Positions 60,701 through 64,000 of a stretch of DNA of 64,000 bases are shown in pieces. Both the position numbers and the translations under genes were made by a program. Under the pieces are notes generated by a model. The model had not been told where the DNA came from. It searched no databases and was given only the letters and a program-made list of their open reading frames with translations. Source of the DNA: Antedon mediterranea. Its lineage: Eukaryota > Animalia > Echinodermata. The stretch's first letter is position 1, and every line of letters starts with the position of its first letter. Location: positions 26,832,795 through 26,896,794 of the forward strand of contig NC_092670.1 in NCBI RefSeq assembly GCF_964355755.1. Direction: 5' to 3'.

Positions 60701-63700
60701 CAATTTCTAACAATTAACATACAAACTTGGTTAGAAATGTCATTTTTCACCATGCAATTAAAAATGGCGAAAGTTCATTAAACGATTTTTTTTTAAAGAT
60801 AGTGAACATATTTGAGGTCAAGAGAATTTAGGAAAACGTGTAATAAATATATTTAAATTACTGTAGGCCCTATATGGTTAAAATCAAATAATTAGATTGT
60901 GCAGTTCATTTATCGGAACGGCTATAATCGCAGCCTTGGAAGTTAAAGTTTATATACGTCCACAACCATACTACCACGTGTTATAAATATTATAGGTGCA
61001 TTTTAAATTACTCGTTGCTTCAATGGTGTAGTGGTTAACATAGTTGCCTTCCAATCAATTGTCCCAGGTTCGATTCTCGGCCAACGCACATGCTTTTTCT
61101 TAGTGATAATAATCGCATAAATGCACTCTTTAAAAAATAAATAGAGTGGTTTCTGACTAACTATAAATAATAGGCCTACTTGGTTTTTATTGATAACGAT
61201 AATATATAACAGTTAAAACCTGTGTGTTTGAGAAGGTTTATATAAGACAATAGATTTTTTCTTTTCTCTTCATTATTTAAAATACTGTCGGCCAAATATG
61301 TATCAACACTGTTGTGAAGACTTACGACGGATTGAAAGACACTTTTCCTAGATCCAATTCTATTTAATGTTGCCGAAAATTACGTGTTTATTCTGTAAGC
61401 TACCATGTTAACTTTACATGAATAATTCGTATGTAGGGTCTACGTATTATTTCTCTAAATCAAATTATCAAATATTATGTCGTGATGCGTTTTCAGGTTC
61501 ATACACACGAATAATATTAACTTAAACCGGTGCAGCTGACATCTTTTTAATTCATTGCAGTAAAGACTGTCGTAAATACACACACAGATCAGGGAGTTAA
61601 TTAGTTAATTACAACTAATTACAACTCCCTGTACAGACGTACCGTATATTTTTTAATTAATGTGTTTGATCAATGGTATATGCTTACCCTAAAAGACAAC
61701 TCAAGATTCTCGGCGCCCCACGTCTTGAACCCCGAATCATAGGAACCAATCTCAAAAAAATATTTTCTTTCTATAGAAAATAAACCCCCTGCCATGGTAG
61801 GTGACCTGCAAAATAATATTAAACACAGTTTAGGCCAAGCTACAATTGGAATTTTATGTTATTAGTCTGGTTGTGACGGGGGTTGTGATGGAAACAGACT
61901 TAATATGAACAGTATCACTGATAAATGTGCATTATATCTAATGATTATTTTGACTGCCGAATATTCGTACCTTAAGACCGCTGTCGGGTTATTATCGACA
62001 CGATTAATTTCCCGCTGTGGGATATCTATCCACGTGAAATCAGGGTACCAAGAGAATCCGCCGATTGGAACGTTTCGACGCACTGGAATGTATTCGAAAG
62101 TCGTATCGCTAATTGTGTCAATAACAGGACATACTACATTGGTTCTGTTGAAATAAAATTGAAAATTATTAGTAACTTTTTGTGAAGTTACATTAAACAT
62201 CATTAATTCAATACCACATTCAACATCATTAATTAAATACCACATTAAAAATCATTAATTTAATATAATGTACCGTTACTTCACATTCAATTTTAGTAAC
62301 GTTTTCCTGGGTTGATTTTATTTAAATCTACATATTTATAGACTTAAAAAACATAGAAAAAAGGAGAATACAATACAACATATATATGAGAATGACACAA
62401 CACAGATCAGCTATCAAAACATTAAAGCTTGATCAACCTGTAGCCGAAAATTTTAATTCAGCTGGTCACTATATATATATAATATATATATACGTTGAGT
62501 CTGGAAAAGAAGTAAAAACTACAATTTGGTCTCTACAGTTTTAGCTCTACTTTACCGTATTGAGCACTTTCTAGACGGTTACATTGAACCGAACATTTAT
62601 ATAATAGGCCTATATATATATATTCAATGGAGATACCAAAAAAAAGCGAAAAGCTAAATCAAAACGATAAAGTAAACAGCCAGAAAAGTTAGCAGAGCTT
62701 TCGGGCAACACTAGCCCTTCATCAGTGCAATATATATATCATTGTCATTTTTTCAGTAATTTGCCTTTGGATTTATAAATTAATATATATTAATTTCAAA
62801 TTAATTAACTAAATTTCATTTCGAGTCTCGGTTGGGGCGACTTTTTCTCATTCTCACAGATTTCCTCATCTTTATCGTTTCATAATAATTAATTAAATTT
62901 CAGTATATCACCGGGCGGTTTAGAATTAATGTTCTTTGCCTGATGTGTATATGTATAAAAGTATCTCTTCGGAGATCCCGCTTCGTGAATAAGAATACTG
63001 AATATATATATATTATTCTTATCTTATACATCTTACGACCTTTTAAATGTTAATTAATGTTTAAAAGTTGATTCATGTAAAAAATATTATTTTAAAAAAC
63101 TAGTGCGTCGGCCGGGAATCGAACCCGGGACAATTGCTTGGAAGGCAACTATGTTAACCACTACACCACCGACGCCACATATAGTGAAAGTAAAAGAGCT
63201 AATATTCATACTTGTTTGAACACGTTGCAGTTTTGTTGTGACGTATTATTCAAGACTTCCCTGGAAAGTTTGTCACCAAAGGGCCGTTGTAAGGCTAAGC
63301 TTTGTTCGTTTATCAAATAAACTTCCTGTTAATTAGTTTACCTATTTTGTTGTAGTATTTTATAGGATATAATCATCAATTACAAAAATATGTTTGATTA
63401 GTAAATTGATAAAATATTGAGAATGAAATTCGAGCTTTTAAAAGCAATTATAAAATTTTAACTTCGTTCGAACACGTTACCCTTGTGTTGTACCGAGTAC
63501 TAGAAGGTCTGAAGATGAAAATGTATCTTAATTAGCCCTACACTTTGCTATGCAGTAACTCATCAAGAGGAAAATCTTTCTGATCTGTATTATACCGACT
63601 GAGTAATTTAATGTTTAAATTTTCATGAAGTGCCACCGATTTAAAGTTGAATGTTCAAATACGTATCCCTACTTACTTGTTATGACTACGTTTTATAAAT

Positions 63701-64000
63701 ATAAAGAAATGTTCTTATAACGTCTCCCTACAACATATACTGGATTGCCAAGAATGAACGAGTAGGCCTAGTCTATTACTATAGGTTTATGCCTATTTTG
63801 TTTCACCATAACATATACACTTGTATAGTGTAGTGTAGCTAATAGTAGGCATAACTATACCTTTGTTCGCTAATTCTGTCTAGAAGAGGCTCTAGCCAAC
63901 CTTTGGTAACTTCACAGTGAGAGTCTAGAAAAGTAAGTACATCACCCGTTGCTGCCGCTGCCCCTTGCATTCTCGCACGAATCAGCCCCTTGCGAGATTG
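48775..64000 (-). CDS. Second, divergent polypeptide N-acetylgalactosaminyltransferase (runs off right edge). Exons >64000-63861, 62144-61971, 61805-61688, 52030-51875, 51364-51200, 51021-50911, 49247-49107, 48966-48775
   Basis: In-frame joined translation: [39 protein letters not shown] / [18 protein letters not shown] / [39 protein letters not shown] / [26 protein letters not shown] / [22 protein letters not shown], then three lectin exons ending RKTSD*. All introns are GT-AG. Confidence 0.92.
49661..50180. mobile_element. TTAA-specific MITE, same TIR as 45566-45916
   Basis: TTAA|AGATGTATTGTCCCTT..AAGGGACAATACATCT|TTAA. Confidence 0.85.
50206..50865 (-). mobile_element. 5'-truncated Rex1/Babar-like LINE 3' end
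   Basis: [40 protein letters not shown]; AATAAA and (ATTTG)n tail. Confidence 0.85.
54478..54546 (-). pseudogene. Degenerate tRNA-Gly(TCC) copy
   Basis: Near-identical to 63104-63175 but has a 3-nt variable-loop deletion and acceptor/T-stem mismatches. Confidence 0.8.
55715..55751. other. Perfect 13-bp hairpin bounded by CTAG (possible rolling-circle element terminus)
   Basis: CTAGATGGTACGC tcgcttcactc GCGTACCATCTAG; similar motifs at about 21819-21856 and 31823-31859. Confidence 0.55.
58500..59090 (+). mobile_element. Decayed RTE-like LINE 3' fragment
   Basis: [30 protein letters not shown] and [27 protein letters not shown], with stops and frameshifts. Confidence 0.8.
59133..60250 (+). 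repeat. ~270-bp local tandem duplication; first copy interrupted by the LINE
   Basis: 59133-59362 + 59954-59978 matches 60005-60250. Confidence 0.88.
59363..59953 (+). mobile_element. 5'-truncated Rex1/Babar-like LINE with TSD TCCTT
   Basis: [28 protein letters not shown]; (TATCTTG)n tail; empty site visible in the adjacent duplicate at about 60220-60235. Confidence 0.88.
60370..60700 (-). mobile_element. Highly decayed LINE RT C-terminal remnant
   Basis: Hand translation [32 protein letters not shown] resembles LINE post-RT region. Confidence 0.55.
61017..61088 (+). pseudogene. Degenerate tRNA-Gly(TCC) copy
   Basis: Same D and anticodon arms, with mismatches in acceptor, anticodon and T stems; T5 just downstream. 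Confidence 0.78.
63104..63175 (-). tRNA. tRNA-Gly (anticodon TCC), apparently intact
   Basis: GCGTCGG TG GTGT AGTGGTTA ACAT A GTTGC CTTCCAA GCAAT TGTC CCGGG TTCGATT CCCGG CCGACGC A. All four stems pair, and a T6 Pol III terminator lies a few nt downstream. Confidence 0.92.

Overview
AT-rich, repeat-dense animal genomic DNA. It is probably an invertebrate deuterostome such as an echinoderm, inferred from the vertebrate-like GALNT1 exon structure and Deu/Nin-core SINEs, but this cannot be proven here. The window holds two convergent multi-exon polypeptide N-acetylgalactosaminyltransferase genes. The first is a GALNT1/13-like gene on + (9 coding exons, 2846-43834, 5' end outside the window). The second is a divergent paralog on - (8 exons visible, 64000-48775). 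The most unusual element is the 33.4-kb intron of the + gene (3019-36448), which hosts three antisense genes. Each has an uninterrupted coding region encoding signal peptide + 3 Ig domains + Ser/Thr stalk + TM + tyrosine-motif tail. One ends in an ITIM+ITSM pair. Another has a perfectly colinear ITIM pair hidden in the -1 frame behind an A8 run (A AAA AAC). The third lacks ITIMs and ends in a PDZ-type motif. All three have a splice acceptor 2-7 nt before the ATG. The rest is LINE fragments (one with a 2A-like GDVSLNPGP and a PHD finger), SINEs, TTAA- and TA-specific MITEs, nested insertions, one intact tRNA-Gly(TCC) with decayed copies, and a 70-bp tandem repeat that multiplies the GALNT1 stop codon and AATAAA. 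All translations and alignments were done by eye. Repeat boundaries are approximate and no database search was run.
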